Part shown: positions 1 to 9,678 of the stretch, in pieces
Layout: each line of letters opens with the position of its first letter
Position numbering within the stretch: position 1 is the first letter of the stretch
DNA from: Candidatus Wolframiiraptor gerlachensis
Lineage (GTDB): Archaea > Thermoproteota > Nitrososphaeria_A > Caldarchaeales > Wolframiiraptoraceae
Reading direction: 5' to 3'
DNA length: 51,907 nucleotides
Assembly (NCBI GenBank): GCA_021323375.2
Contig: JAJPCT020000002.1
Location: 1 to 51,907 of the forward strand
The notes under the pieces: generated by a model
Told to the model about the DNA's origin: nothing
What the model saw: the letters and a program-made list of their open reading frames with translations, nothing else
The model's database searches: none
Made by a program: the position numbers and the translations under genes

Positions 1-16
1 CTAGAATAGGATCTAT

Positions 17-316
17 GTGGCGAGATCGAGGTGGAGATATAATGTCTTGGAGGCCGCAGAAGAGGAGGCGTTAAAGGAATGTCATTTTAAGGTGGTTGAG
101 GTAAAAGTGTTTATAGGAGGGGATAAGATCAAAGAGGTTTTACATATTGAGAAGCATGAGGCTATATGTGATCTATGCGGAAACTCTATAGCCCTTACAA
201 AGAAGGAGCTTAAGGAGAAGGCTAAGGACTATGCGGTTATTGTGGATGGCCGGATAGTCCAAGTGATATGTGGGGGGTGTAGAAAACGATTCTGGGGATG
301 GGCTCGACGAGCATGA
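17..316 (+). CDS. Hypothetical protein with two CxxC motifs (putative Zn-binding); intact member of a dispersed repeat family
   Basis: 99-aa ORF with CDLC and CGGC; degenerate homologous DNA at about 32618-32697 and 50406-50460. Confidence 0.5.
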   Translation: MARSRWRYNVLEAAEEEALKECHFKVVEVKVFIGGDKIKEVLHIEKHEAICDLCGNSIALTKKELKEKAKDYAVIVDGRIVQVICGGCRKRFWGWARRA

Positions 317-446
317 ATGTCCTCCTGAAGATTTTAGAGGAGTATGGTAGGTGGAAGGCCGAAGTTCTTAATACTTAATAAACTTGATAGTGAGGAGATA
401 GCAAGATTAATCATAAGCCATTTCATTGAATTGCGTGAATTCGGGC

Positions 447-1016
447 ATGGCCGAGCTAGTAAGAACATTCATCGCGGTGGATTTCGATAACCCCCAGATA
501 GTCTCTAGGGCTCAGGAGATTCAGGAGGAGTTGATGAGGCTCGGGGTTGGGATGAAGCCCGTCGAGCCGCATAATCTTCATGTGACCCTCTGGTTTTTCG
601 GCGAGATAGATCCGGGAAGGCTGAATCTCGTGCTCGAGAATGCTGGAAAGGTGAGGTTCAAGCCATTCAAGCTAAGCGTCCGCGGTGTCGGATACTTTCC
701 GGGCGGTGGCAGGATAAACGTGATTTGGCTCGGTGTGGAGGACCCGGAGAATGGCCTGAAGAATATACTGGATCAGCTAGTCGAGAGGCTCACTAGGCTT
801 GGCTTCAAGTATGATGAGCGCGGCTTTACCCCCCACCTGACAATAGGCCGCGTCAAGTTCGTCAGGGATAGGCAGCTAGCCCTCCGTAAGCTCGAGGAGC
901 TCAAGGACCTATATGTTGGGGAGCAGCTGATAGACTCCTTCAAGGTCAAGAAGAGCACCCTGACCTCTAAGGGGCCGATATACTCGGATCTATTAGTCAT
1001 TAGGGCTGAGGGGTGA
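447..1016 (+). CDS. thpR: RNA 2',3'-cyclic phosphodiesterase (2H phosphoesterase, 2'-5' RNA ligase family)
   Basis: N-terminal RTFIAVD and two HxT motifs (LHVTL, PHLTI); ATG at 447 preferred; sits upstream of cca as is common in archaea. Confidence 0.93.
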   Translation: MAELVRTFIAVDFDNPQIVSRAQEIQEELMRLGVGMKPVEPHNLHVTLWFFGEIDPGRLNLVLENAGKVRFKPFKLSVRGVGYFPGGGRINVIWLGVEDPENGLKNILDQLVERLTRLGFKYDERGFTPHLTIGRVKFVRDRQLALRKLEELKDLYVGEQLIDSFKVKKSTLTSKGPIYSDLLVIRAEG

Positions 1017-2416
1017 TGACGGGTTTAGAGGAGGTTATTGAGAGGGCGAGGAGGATTGTTAGGCCCACGAGGCTCGAGGAGCGCAGGCTCAAGAGGATAG
1101 TGGAGGCGGCGCTCTCGGCTGCTAGGGAGGAGATCTCGGGGGTCGCGGGCGCGCTGGATGTGAGCCTCGAGGGATCAGCCGCGAAGGACACCTGGATAAG
1201 GGGAAGGGCTGAGGCCGATATCTTCATACACTTCGACCCAAAGGTCTCGAGAGAGGAGCTGGAAAAACTCATCGTGGAGATTGGATCCAAGCTCATTAGG
1301 AGGCTCGGCGGGGAGCCCATGATAATGTATGCAAACCACCCATATGTTGAGGGGGTTGTGGATGGGGTTACAGTCGATGTCGTGGCATGTTATAGGGTTG
1401 AGCCGCCGAACTGGATCAGCGCGACGGACCGGACGCCATATCACACGAGATATGTGCTCAGCAGGCTTAAGCCCGGGCAGGAGGAGGAGGTTAGGCTCCT
1501 GAAGGGATTTATGAGGGCATGCGGGGTCTATGGTGCCGAGATAAGGGTCGAGGGCTTCAGCGGATACTTAACAGAGCTCCTGACAATATACTATGGCGAC
1601 TTCATCAACGCGATCAGGGAGATGGCGGGGTGGAAGCCGCCGATCACGATAGACCTTGAAGGATATTATGAGTCGAGGGAGAGGATCTTGGAGGCATTCC
1701 CGGAGAGCCCCCTCATCGTCGTGGATCCTGTTGATAGGTCTAGGAATGTCGCGGCGGCGGTCTCGCTTACAAGGCTCTCGGAGCTGATCCTCGCGGCCAA
1801 GCTATTCCTCAAGAAGCCCTCTATGAGATTCTTCAAGCAATTTGACCGGGTTCCGGGCACAAGGGAGCTGCGAGCCCTCCTCAAGGATAGGAGCATACTC
1901 TACATGTATTTCAGGCTGGTGGATCGGAAGCCCAGGGACGCGCTCTGGGGCGAGCTTAAGCGGAGTGAGCAGGGAGTGCGGAGATGCCTCGAGAACTTGG
2001 GATTCACAGTCTATCGAAGCGGCTCATGGACGGATGAGAAGAAGGAGTGCGTGCTGATCTTCGAGCTTGATAAAATAGAGCTTCCGAGATATCATCTCCA
2101 TAAGGGGCCGCCGGTATACCTCAAGAATGCTGACGAGTTTGTTGAGAAGTGGTGTGAGGCCATAGCTGGGCCATGGATCGAGGGTGAGAGGTTATATGTC
2201 CTGAGAAGGCGCGAAGAGATCTCAGCTCACAAACTTCTCAGGGAGAGGATCATTAGCGGCCAAGTATCAATCTCAAGAGGCCTGATAACACCGATTCAAA
2301 GGGCTCGAATAAGCATTAATGTAGAAGATCTGTTAAGACTCGCATCAAGGAATGATGACCTGAGGAAATTCATACTAGATTTTCTTGTCGCGAGACCTCC
2401 ATTTCTCGAGAGATGA
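1013..2416 (+). CDS. cca: CCA-adding enzyme (class I tRNA nucleotidyltransferase)
   Basis: GSAAKDTW..ADIFI nucleotidyltransferase motif, YANHPYV, DRTPYHT, GFSGYLTELL. Confidence 0.96.
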   Translation: MMTGLEEVIERARRIVRPTRLEERRLKRIVEAALSAAREEISGVAGALDVSLEGSAAKDTWIRGRAEADIFIHFDPKVSREELEKLIVEIGSKLIRRLGGEPMIMYANHPYVEGVVDGVTVDVVACYRVEPPNWISATDRTPYHTRYVLSRLKPGQEEEVRLLKGFMRACGVYGAEIRVEGFSGYLTELLTIYYGDFINAIREMAGWKPPITIDLEGYYESRERILEAFPESPLIVVDPVDRSRNVAAAVSLTRLSELILAAKLFLKKPSMRFFKQFDRVPGTRELRALLKDRSILYMYFRLVDRKPRDALWGELKRSEQGVRRCLENLGFTVYRSGSWTDEKKECVLIFELDKIELPRYHLHKGPPVYLKNADEFVEKWCEAIAGPWIEGERLYVLRRREEISAHKLLRERIISGQVSISRGLITPIQRARISINVEDLLRLASRNDDLRKFILDFLVARPPFLER

Positions 2417-3171
2417 TCTACATAGACCTTGATGAGATATGTGAGAGGGAAGATCTTATCCTTCATTTATCATTTCCCAAGCGTAGCATCGAGTATGCCT
2501 CCAGGATACTCGATGATTTGAGGAGCATCGGTGTTGAGAGCATCGCCTTCATCGAGGCTGGTGGGAGGCTTGAGCCGCTCACGCTGGGCAAGGGCTATAG
2601 GGGCCTCGTCCTGAGGGGGAGGCTCGGAGGCTGGGATGCTGCGCTCAAGATCCTGAGAACGGACTCGACGATCCCGAGCCTTCGCGGAGAGGCTGAGGCG
2701 ACATCAATGGCCAACCGGGTCGGCGTCGGGCCCAAGGTCCTAGGATTCACGGACATGGTCCTAGCATTAGAGCTCATTGAGGGGATGCCGCTCGATAAGT
2801 GGTTGGATATGCTCGAGGAGGATCGGCTAAGCGAGCTCAAGATCGTGATGAGGGTATGCTTCGAGGATGCGAGAAGACTGGATATACTGGGCCTTGATCA
2901 CGGGGAGCTCAGCGATGTCAAGAAGCATGTTATCGTGAGGCCGGGGCTTAAGCCGGTCATAATAGACTTTGGCAAGGCAAGCTTCATGAGAAGACCATCG
3001 AACGTTACCTCCCTCCTCAACTACTTCCTCTTCGGCCCATACTCGTGGAAGATTAAGAGGATGCTGGGCATCGAGAAGCCGCCGCTGGAGAATGCTAGGA
3101 ACTATAAGATCAAGCTCAGCGATGAGTGCTTCAAGCGCTTAATGGAAAGCTTAAACCTGCTTGAGGGATGA
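2413..3171 (+). CDS. Atypical Ser/Thr protein kinase (RIO/Bud32-like, COG2112 type)
   Basis: LGKGYRG loop, ALKI lysine, HGELS catalytic loop, IIDFG. Confidence 0.85.
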   Translation: MIYIDLDEICEREDLILHLSFPKRSIEYASRILDDLRSIGVESIAFIEAGGRLEPLTLGKGYRGLVLRGRLGGWDAALKILRTDSTIPSLRGEAEATSMANRVGVGPKVLGFTDMVLALELIEGMPLDKWLDMLEEDRLSELKIVMRVCFEDARRLDILGLDHGELSDVKKHVIVRPGLKPVIIDFGKASFMRRPSNVTSLLNYFLFGPYSWKIKRMLGIEKPPLENARNYKIKLSDECFKRLMESLNLLEG

Positions 3172-3183
3172 CTTGACTACGGG

Positions 3184-3927
3184 ATGATTGATGAGAAGCA
3201 GAGGATAAGGATGGAGATCTGGAGGCTTCTCGAGGAGAGGGGTGTCGCGAGGTTTCCCAAGCCGGTTTATGGGAGGATTCCGAACTTCGTGGGGGCTGAG
3301 CGGGCTGCTGAGAGGATACTTGAGCTTGAGGAGTATCGCGATGCGAGAGTGGTAAAGGTGAGCCCTGACTCCCCTCAGAAGCACGTGAGATACAGGTGCC
3401 TCTTAGATGGCAAGATACTCGTAATGCCGACACCGAGGCTTAGCGAGGGCTTCCTCCTCCTAGACCCATCAAGAATACCTCGAGGACAACTAGAATATGC
3501 CTCGACGATAAGAGGGGCCTTCATCTATGGTAGGAAAACCCATCCAAGAGATCTGCCGAGAATAGATCTCATTATCACGGGGTCCGTCGCCGCGACGAGA
3601 AACGGTCTCAGGCTTGGGAAGGGAGGAGGATACAGCGAGCTCGAATATGCAATCCTCCTAGAATACGATAAGATAGATCCAGACATAACCATAGCAACGA
3701 ACATCCACGACCTCCAGCTCGTGGACAGGCTTCCAAGAGACCCCTATGACCTTACACTAGATATAATCGCTACACCAACAAAGCTCATCAAGGTTCAGGC
3801 TGTGAGGGAGAGGCCGAGAGGGATAATCTGGGAGCTACTGGACAGGGAAAAGATTGAGGAGATCGCGATATTAAGGGAGCTCTATATTCTCAGGGATAAT
3901 GGGGCGCGAAAATTTTTAAACAGATAA
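3184..3927 (+). CDS. 5-formyltetrahydrofolate cyclo-ligase family protein (MTHFSD-like paralog)
   Basis: GRIPNFVGA, PDSPQ, RLGKGGGYSELEY motifs. Confidence 0.9.
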   Translation: MIDEKQRIRMEIWRLLEERGVARFPKPVYGRIPNFVGAERAAERILELEEYRDARVVKVSPDSPQKHVRYRCLLDGKILVMPTPRLSEGFLLLDPSRIPRGQLEYASTIRGAFIYGRKTHPRDLPRIDLIITGSVAATRNGLRLGKGGGYSELEYAILLEYDKIDPDITIATNIHDLQLVDRLPRDPYDLTLDIIATPTKLIKVQAVRERPRGIIWELLDREKIEEIAILRELYILRDNGARKFLNR

Positions 3928-3949
3928 AACCGGTAAAAGGGGCCGATAT

Positions 3950-5110
3950 ATGATCTCGAGAAAGCTTCTATGGACGTTATGCTTCTCCTCATACGTATTC
4001 TACGCCATAACGGCGACGGAGATAGGATCAGCACTTCCTAGCATTAGATCCGAGCTGGCGCTCAGTGAATCGCTCGCGGGCATTATAGCGAGCCTTCAAT
4101 CCCTAGCTGGAGTTCTCGCAATACTTGGAGGAGCCTTATCGGATCTATTCGGTAAGATGAGGCTAGTCTCCCTCTCTCTGCTAATAATGGGGCTGGGTGC
4201 TCTGCTAATCTCGGGCTCGCCGAGCGCATTAATCCTCGGAACATCCTTCTTCATACTTGGAGCAGGGATAGGTTTTTTCGAGGCTTCCGTGAATGCCTTC
4301 ATCTCAGATATCTTTAGCGAGAAGCGTGGGATGGCGATAAACCTGCTTCACATAGGCTGGAATATCGGGTCGGCCTTGGGCCCGGTTTTAGCGGCTTACA
4401 TCGCCCTATCCTATGGAAGCTGGAGGCTGGGATATCTCATAATGTTCCCCCTACTCTTAATCTCATTCATTGCAAGCTCGATTATTGGGGCGAAGCTGGG
4501 TAAAAATGGATCGAGCATATCTCATGAGCCGAGAAGCATGAGGCCCAAGCAGGTTCTAAGCATACTTCCATTAATGATGATACCATTCCTCATAGTCGCA
4601 AATCAGCTCGGCATAACCGCTTGGCTCCCATCAATATTGAGCGATCAGGGAGCATCTCTTATAGAGGCGAGCCTAGCTGTGGGCTTATTCTGGGCGCTGA
4701 GCGGCTTAGGAAGGCTTCTATGGGCTCCCTTCATAGATAGAATCGGGTACTGGAGGGTTCTAGTGATCGCTGGGGGCTTCTCATCCATCTTAATGCTCTC
4801 AGCCTCGCTCCCGATACCAGTTTACGCGAGGATAGCATTATGGTCTTCTTCAGGCCTTCTACTAGCTCCAGCATACCCAACGATAATAGCTTGGGCGACC
4901 TCAATCTATACCGAGATTGGTGGAGCTCTATCCGGGATGGTTTATGCCTTTGCAACCCTAGGCTCCTTCATCTCAACCATAGCCACCGGCATGCTGTTCG
5001 AGTTATTTGGCTCAACTTATGCCCAGTTGATCTTCGCGCCGCTGGCCGCCCTGATCGCGATGGCAGCCTACTTCATGCGCGGGGCTGGCGGCATGCCTAA
5101 AGCTCCATAG
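3950..5110 (+). CDS. MFS transporter
   Basis: About 12 hydrophobic segments; motif A-like GALSDLFGK and IDRIGYW. Confidence 0.88.
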   Translation: MISRKLLWTLCFSSYVFYAITATEIGSALPSIRSELALSESLAGIIASLQSLAGVLAILGGALSDLFGKMRLVSLSLLIMGLGALLISGSPSALILGTSFFILGAGIGFFEASVNAFISDIFSEKRGMAINLLHIGWNIGSALGPVLAAYIALSYGSWRLGYLIMFPLLLISFIASSIIGAKLGKNGSSISHEPRSMRPKQVLSILPLMMIPFLIVANQLGITAWLPSILSDQGASLIEASLAVGLFWALSGLGRLLWAPFIDRIGYWRVLVIAGGFSSILMLSASLPIPVYARIALWSSSGLLLAPAYPTIIAWATSIYTEIGGALSGMVYAFATLGSFISTIATGMLFELFGSTYAQLIFAPLAALIAMAAYFMRGAGGMPKAP

Positions 5111-5144
5111 TAATACATAAATCCGCTCCAATGAATCTTTATTT

Positions 5145-5648
5145 GTGTGGCGTAGGATAGCTGCTCGTTTTCAGGAGTTCCCTGCGCGATTGAAGGTTGT
5201 AAGGCTAATGATAGAGAACGGTATCGGGGTTAATGAGCATGGTAAGATCGTCGTGGGGCCTGTGGAGATCCCAGATAGCTCGCTCGCAAAGGCCGCGGGG
5301 GTTGATAGGCGGATAGTTAGGAAGACCGTCCAGCAGATACTCGAGGACGAGATGTTAAGAAAGGTCTTCACGGGGATAAGGCCGGCTGGAGCATTCCTTG
5401 CGCCAGTAGCTAAGGAGCTTGGATTCTATGTCGTGGAGATAAGGGCTGATCCGACCGCCGCCGGCATAATAGCGAGAGCAGCCGAGATAATAGCCCGAGA
5501 GAACATAAGCATAAGGCAAGCTGTGGCCGAGGATCCCGAGCTCTTCCCGGAGCCAAAGCTCATACTCGTCCTCGAGAAGCCCCTATCAGGAGAGGGGCTT
5601 AACGAGCTCCTCAAGATACCGAAGGTCAAGAGCGTCACAGCCTACTAG
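5145..5648 (+). CDS. ACT-domain amino-acid-binding regulator (COG2150-like)
   Basis: HTH-like AKAAGVDRRIV; C-terminal ACT fold with ISIRQAVAEDPEL. Confidence 0.85.
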   Translation: MWRRIAARFQEFPARLKVVRLMIENGIGVNEHGKIVVGPVEIPDSSLAKAAGVDRRIVRKTVQQILEDEMLRKVFTGIRPAGAFLAPVAKELGFYVVEIRADPTAAGIIARAAEIIARENISIRQAVAEDPELFPEPKLILVLEKPLSGEGLNELLKIPKVKSVTAY

Positions 5649-5704
5649 CTTGAGAGAGGGAGAGAAAAGGGTAAAATTAAGAGCGTTGAATAGGTTTTGT
5701 CGGT

Positions 5705-5813
5705 GGGGCCGTGGTCTAGCTTGGCTAGGACACCGGCCTGGGGTCTCAAATTAGAATGCTTGTTTGAGACAGTCCGCCGGAGGTCCCGGGTTCAAATCCC
5801 GGCGGCCCCACCA
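5705..5813 (+). tRNA. tRNA-Pro(GGG) with a 31-nt intron at 37/38 (5744-5774), CCA encoded
   Basis: Acceptor GGGGCCG/CGGCCCC-A-CCA, anticodon stem CCGGC/GCCGG, anticodon GGG 5740-5742, T-arm CCGGG-TTCAAAT-CCCGG. Confidence 0.92.
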
Positions 5814-5858
5814 CCCCCAGAACACCGGCCTCTCCTGCATCCCAAGAAGCCGGCACTC

Positions 5859-6656
5859 TTAGAAGTAGAACCTGAGCCACGCTGCGATGAGTAGGATCAT
5901 GCTCGCGATGAAGGCGATGATCCATCTTGAGGGGCTCCAGGCCAAGACCTTTCTCCCATCGAGCTCGCCGAATGGTATCAGGTTGAATAGGGCAATGAAG
6001 GCGTTTAGGAGGCTTAGCGGCAGGAGGATGCGGGCCAAGGACGGCATGGCGAGCCCTGCGATCATGAAGATAGCCGATAGCGATATGTTCGAGAGTGGGC
6101 CGACGAGGGCGGTCATCCCAAGAACCTCTATCGGCGCAACCCCAGAGATCACCACAGCCCCGGGAGCTATGATCTTGAATGGTATGAATGGTATGGATGT
6201 GACGAGCGTCAGGATCGCCCCTATGGGGTCGAGCTTAAACCTAGCATAAAGCCCCCTTGACTTAGCATAGCCTCTATGAGCAAGCTCATGGATCAGGAAG
6301 GAGGCGGCAAAGCCCACGATATAGGCCGTGAGGAAGATCGGCGAGATCCTGAAGCTGTATCCTATTATGGAGAAGCCCACCAGGATTACGAGAAGGGCTC
6401 CGATGCTTAGATGAATTATCTCATCACGAGATGATGCGCTGAGCCGGCTCCTCGAGATCCTCGCCCTAGGCAGCGGCCCCCAATCCTCAATCTCGACATA
6501 CCTCTTCCGCTCCTTCTCGTATGGCGAGGCAGCCGCGAAGAGGCCGGGACAATCATGCTTCTCCGGAAGCCTATGCTCAGCGCAGAAATAATCTCCACAG
6601 TAACTACACTTAAACGGCATCAATATCTCCTTACCGCAGACGGAGCACCGCGTCAT
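5859..6656 (-). CDS. AN1-type zinc finger fused to M50 (site-2) membrane metalloprotease
   Basis: [21 protein letters not shown]; HELAH; [11 protein letters not shown]. Confidence 0.9.
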   Translation of the reverse strand: MTRCSVCGKEILMPFKCSYCGDYFCAEHRLPEKHDCPGLFAAASPYEKERKRYVEIEDWGPLPRARISRSRLSASSRDEIIHLSIGALLVILVGFSIIGYSFRISPIFLTAYIVGFAASFLIHELAHRGYAKSRGLYARFKLDPIGAILTLVTSIPFIPFKIIAPGAVVISGVAPIEVLGMTALVGPLSNISLSAIFMIAGLAMPSLARILLPLSLLNAFIALFNLIPFGELDGRKVLAWSPSRWIIAFIASMILLIAAWLRFYF

Positions 6657-6780
6657 GACGCGCTCCCAAACCCCCTTGAAAATGCTAAGCCCATAACCAC
6701 GTCCCCCTAATATAAAAATTGTCCATAGAATCTAGACTTATTAAGTAGATAATATTAAAACGTCATAGGTCAAAAAGTCC

Positions 6781-7515
6781 ATGGATGTTAGTGTTGTTTT
6801 CCCCTCCAAGAATAGGGAGAGATATGTTAGAAAGGCTATATGCACGGCTTTCAAGGCCAGGCATGTCAGAGAAGTTATAATTGTTGATGGTGGGAGCACT
6901 GATAATACGGTAGAAGTTGCTTTAAAAGAAAATGCTAAGGTAATCATTCAAAGCAACCTAGTTTATCCCGGTAAAGGCGTGGCTATGAGAGATGGGGCAT
7001 ACCTTTCATCGGGAGACATAATAGTCTTCGCAGATATTGATATCGCTAATCTCACACCGCAATTTATTGAAAAACTCTACATGCCGATAATGATGGGGGA
7101 GGCAGAATTTGTCAAAGGGTGTTTTGGAAGGGCAGCGGGAAGAGTTACAGAGCTTGTAGCTAAACCCCTTTTAAGGATGTTCTACCCCGAGCTAGCTAGG
7201 TTCAAACAGCCCTTGAGTGGGGAGATTGCAGGGTTGAAGAAGGTCTTTTACCAAGTAGAGTTTGAAAATGGTTGGGGAGTGGATATAGGCCTTTTAATAG
7301 ACTTATACAAAATGGGTGTGAGGATCGTTGAAGTAGATTTAGGGTTCAAGGAGCATGAGATGAAGCCCCTTCATGCACTTACAGATATGGCTTATCAAGT
7401 AGCTGAGGCGATATTAAAGAGAGCTGTCAGAGATAGGAAAATAGATGAGGCTTGGGCGAAAAGATACATCTCAGCTATAAGTGAAATAGATTTAGGTGGG
7501 GCCGGATACGCATGA
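6781..7515 (+). CDS. gpgS: Glucosyl-3-phosphoglycerate synthase-like glycosyltransferase (GT-A, GT81 type)
   Basis: GKGVAM, DID, GRVTELVAKPLL, QPLSGEIA, GWGVDIGLLID are GpgS/MpgS family signatures. Confidence 0.78.
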   Translation: MDVSVVFPSKNRERYVRKAICTAFKARHVREVIIVDGGSTDNTVEVALKENAKVIIQSNLVYPGKGVAMRDGAYLSSGDIIVFADIDIANLTPQFIEKLYMPIMMGEAEFVKGCFGRAAGRVTELVAKPLLRMFYPELARFKQPLSGEIAGLKKVFYQVEFENGWGVDIGLLIDLYKMGVRIVEVDLGFKEHEMKPLHALTDMAYQVAEAILKRAVRDRKIDEAWAKRYISAISEIDLGGAGYA

Positions 7516-8177
7516 GATCCGTAGTAATAGGTGGAGGCCATCTCGCATACTTTGTAGTTACAACCTTAAGAGAAATAGACCCAAAAGGAAGAATAATAGT
7601 TATCGAATTTACTTTTGAGAAGGTTGAAATGCTTAAAAAGACCTTCCCATACGCGGAGGCAGTACTCTCAAGTATAGATAAGGTAGAGGAATATATTACT
7701 GAAAATCGTTCCTTGATAGATGTCCTCGTATCTGCGACCGATTCAGACGCCCTCAATCTAAGGTATGCTAAACACTCTATCAAGAATGAGATACCTATAG
7801 TAGTTGCGATCTTAAACAATCCTCTCAATGAACCAATATTTGTGAAAGAAAACATACGATACGTAATTAACCCTTACAAGACAATAATATCTAAAGTAAA
7901 GGAGATAGTGGACAAATTCAGGGTTAACATAATATATGAGTTCTCAAGAATTAACGCAGGAATATATGCTTTCAAGATCGAAAATGCCGAGATTCTACGG
8001 AAAGTCCGGGGCCTTATTTTGAAGAACGACTTACCCTTCTTCATAGTGTCTTCTGCTGATAATAGGATAAGAGCGGGGTCTGTAGGAGATATACAAATTG
8101 GTGACGTCGTATGTATTTCCTGCCTAGATAAGGATATTAGAAGCTTTCTAGAAAGAATTAGGGAGGGTGGAAGTTGA
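7512..8177 (+). CDS. TrkA-N (RCK, nucleotide-binding) domain protein
   Basis: VIGGGHLA Rossmann motif, ATDSDALN, VINPY. Confidence 0.75.
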   Translation: MRSVVIGGGHLAYFVVTTLREIDPKGRIIVIEFTFEKVEMLKKTFPYAEAVLSSIDKVEEYITENRSLIDVLVSATDSDALNLRYAKHSIKNEIPIVVAILNNPLNEPIFVKENIRYVINPYKTIISKVKEIVDKFRVNIIYEFSRINAGIYAFKIENAEILRKVRGLILKNDLPFFIVSSADNRIRAGSVGDIQIGDVVCISCLDKDIRSFLERIREGGS

Positions 8178-8911
8178 CTCCAGAAGAATACTTCCTCATA
8201 ATAAGAGTCGCGCTTGCAATACTCTCAATAGCCTTGGCAATCTTCTTGGGTTCAAAGTTAAGAGAGGTTATAGCGAGGAATCTAAGTAAGTTCGGGCATG
8301 CCTTTGCCTCAAAATTCGCTGAGATTGTAAGGTACTTTCTCATAATACTAGGCGTGGTCATAGCATTTAGTATACTCAGTTTGGACATAGTCGTATTAAC
8401 GGGTATATCGATTGTGATAGTTATAATCATATTGATAAGCATGAGGGATATATTCTCAAACTATGCAGGAGAGATATATCTAAGGATTAGAAGACCTTTC
8501 GATGAGGGAGACTTTATAAAAGTTGGAAGAATTTCTGGTAGAGTTATATCTATAAACAGTCAAGATGTGGAGCTTGTATCTATTAGGGGAAACCGGATAA
8601 TAATTCCAAATCAATTCTTCCTGAAAAATCCAATAATAAACAGGTCATCAACGACACCGACGTCAATAGAGTTGAAAATGATATTTAGGGAATCCCAAGT
8701 TGAAAGGGTTGAAGGAATTATGATGGAAGTGTTAAATGAAGTTAGACCGGAGCTTTTTGAGGATCCCAAAATAGTCTCAATCAATAAGATAGATGATAAA
8801 ACGGAGGTTAACTTGGTACTTCATATTATAAACCAGCAAAAGATAAAATGGCTGATAAATAAGCTCTCCGGAGAATTCTATAAAAGAGGCGTCGAAATTG
8901 AAATCGAATAA
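8174..8911 (+). CDS. mscS: Small-conductance mechanosensitive channel (MscS family)
   Basis: Three TM helices then RPFDEGDFIKVG..GRV..IIIPNQ. Confidence 0.85.
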   Translation: MTPEEYFLIIRVALAILSIALAIFLGSKLREVIARNLSKFGHAFASKFAEIVRYFLIILGVVIAFSILSLDIVVLTGISIVIVIIILISMRDIFSNYAGEIYLRIRRPFDEGDFIKVGRISGRVISINSQDVELVSIRGNRIIIPNQFFLKNPIINRSSTTPTSIELKMIFRESQVERVEGIMMEVLNEVRPELFEDPKIVSINKIDDKTEVNLVLHIINQQKIKWLINKLSGEFYKRGVEIEIE

Positions 8912-9584
8912 GGTGGGCAGAGCATTAGTATTAGACCTAGATGGGACGCTTACAAGAGGTGGAGAGAATAGAATATCCAAAGAGTTGAAAGAAGCACTTC
9001 TGCGATTTAAGAAAGATGGGTGGATACTGATACTTGCTACCGGAAGAGATAGAAGAGACCTCGAATCTAGAGAGGATCTAGGAGATATGTTTGATGGATG
9101 GGTTTGTGAGGCGGGTATCTCAATATGGATTCCCTCAACAGGGAAGTATAGGGTTCTTGTTGATGAGAGATGGCATTCATTCATTAACGAGGTAAAAAAG
9201 CTGGAATGTGTTATCTCTAAAGAGAATACGGTGAATATATCATGTAATGAATGTGTAAAAGATGTTAGGCTAATTGCATCCAAGTTTGGGGTAAAATATA
9301 AGATTGTAAACAATAAGGGATCGCTAATACTTCTACCTGAGAATATCGATAAGTCTGTTGGGTTAAGTGAATTATTGAGAGTGATTAGTTTTAAGGGATT
9401 TGTAGCTGCGGTGGGCGACTCAGAGATAGATGTTGAGATGCTTAAGAATGCCGATTTTAAGGCCGCCCCCTCAAATGCGGATCAAGCTGTTAAGGAAATA
9501 GTCGATTATATCTCTTCAAGAGAAGATGGTGATGGAGTAATTGATATATTGAAATTCCTCGAGCGCTTGTTTGCGAAAGAATAA
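8898..9584 (+). CDS. HAD-IIB (Cof-type) phosphatase
   Basis: DLDGTL, ATGR, K, GDSEID motifs. Confidence 0.88.
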   Translation: MKSNKVGRALVLDLDGTLTRGGENRISKELKEALLRFKKDGWILILATGRDRRDLESREDLGDMFDGWVCEAGISIWIPSTGKYRVLVDERWHSFINEVKKLECVISKENTVNISCNECVKDVRLIASKFGVKYKIVNNKGSLILLPENIDKSVGLSELLRVISFKGFVAAVGDSEIDVEMLKNADFKAAPSNADQAVKEIVDYISSREDGDGVIDILKFLERLFAKE

Positions 9585-9678
9585 TTTCTGATCTTAAAGC
9601 TCAGAAGTTTTGAGAATGTGTCCAGCTCACTCATAATTGTTATTTTTTCTCTTTTTAGTTGTTGAATATGTTTAGTCA

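Noticed and set aside
5705-5813. Alternative identity as tRNA-His, -Asp or -Thr via other splice points
   Set aside because: Acceptor stem and A73 are Pro-type; other junctions leave a pyrimidine at position 37
5697-5894. 65-aa ORF (and similarly 49110..49301)
   Set aside because: Overlaps a tRNA gene
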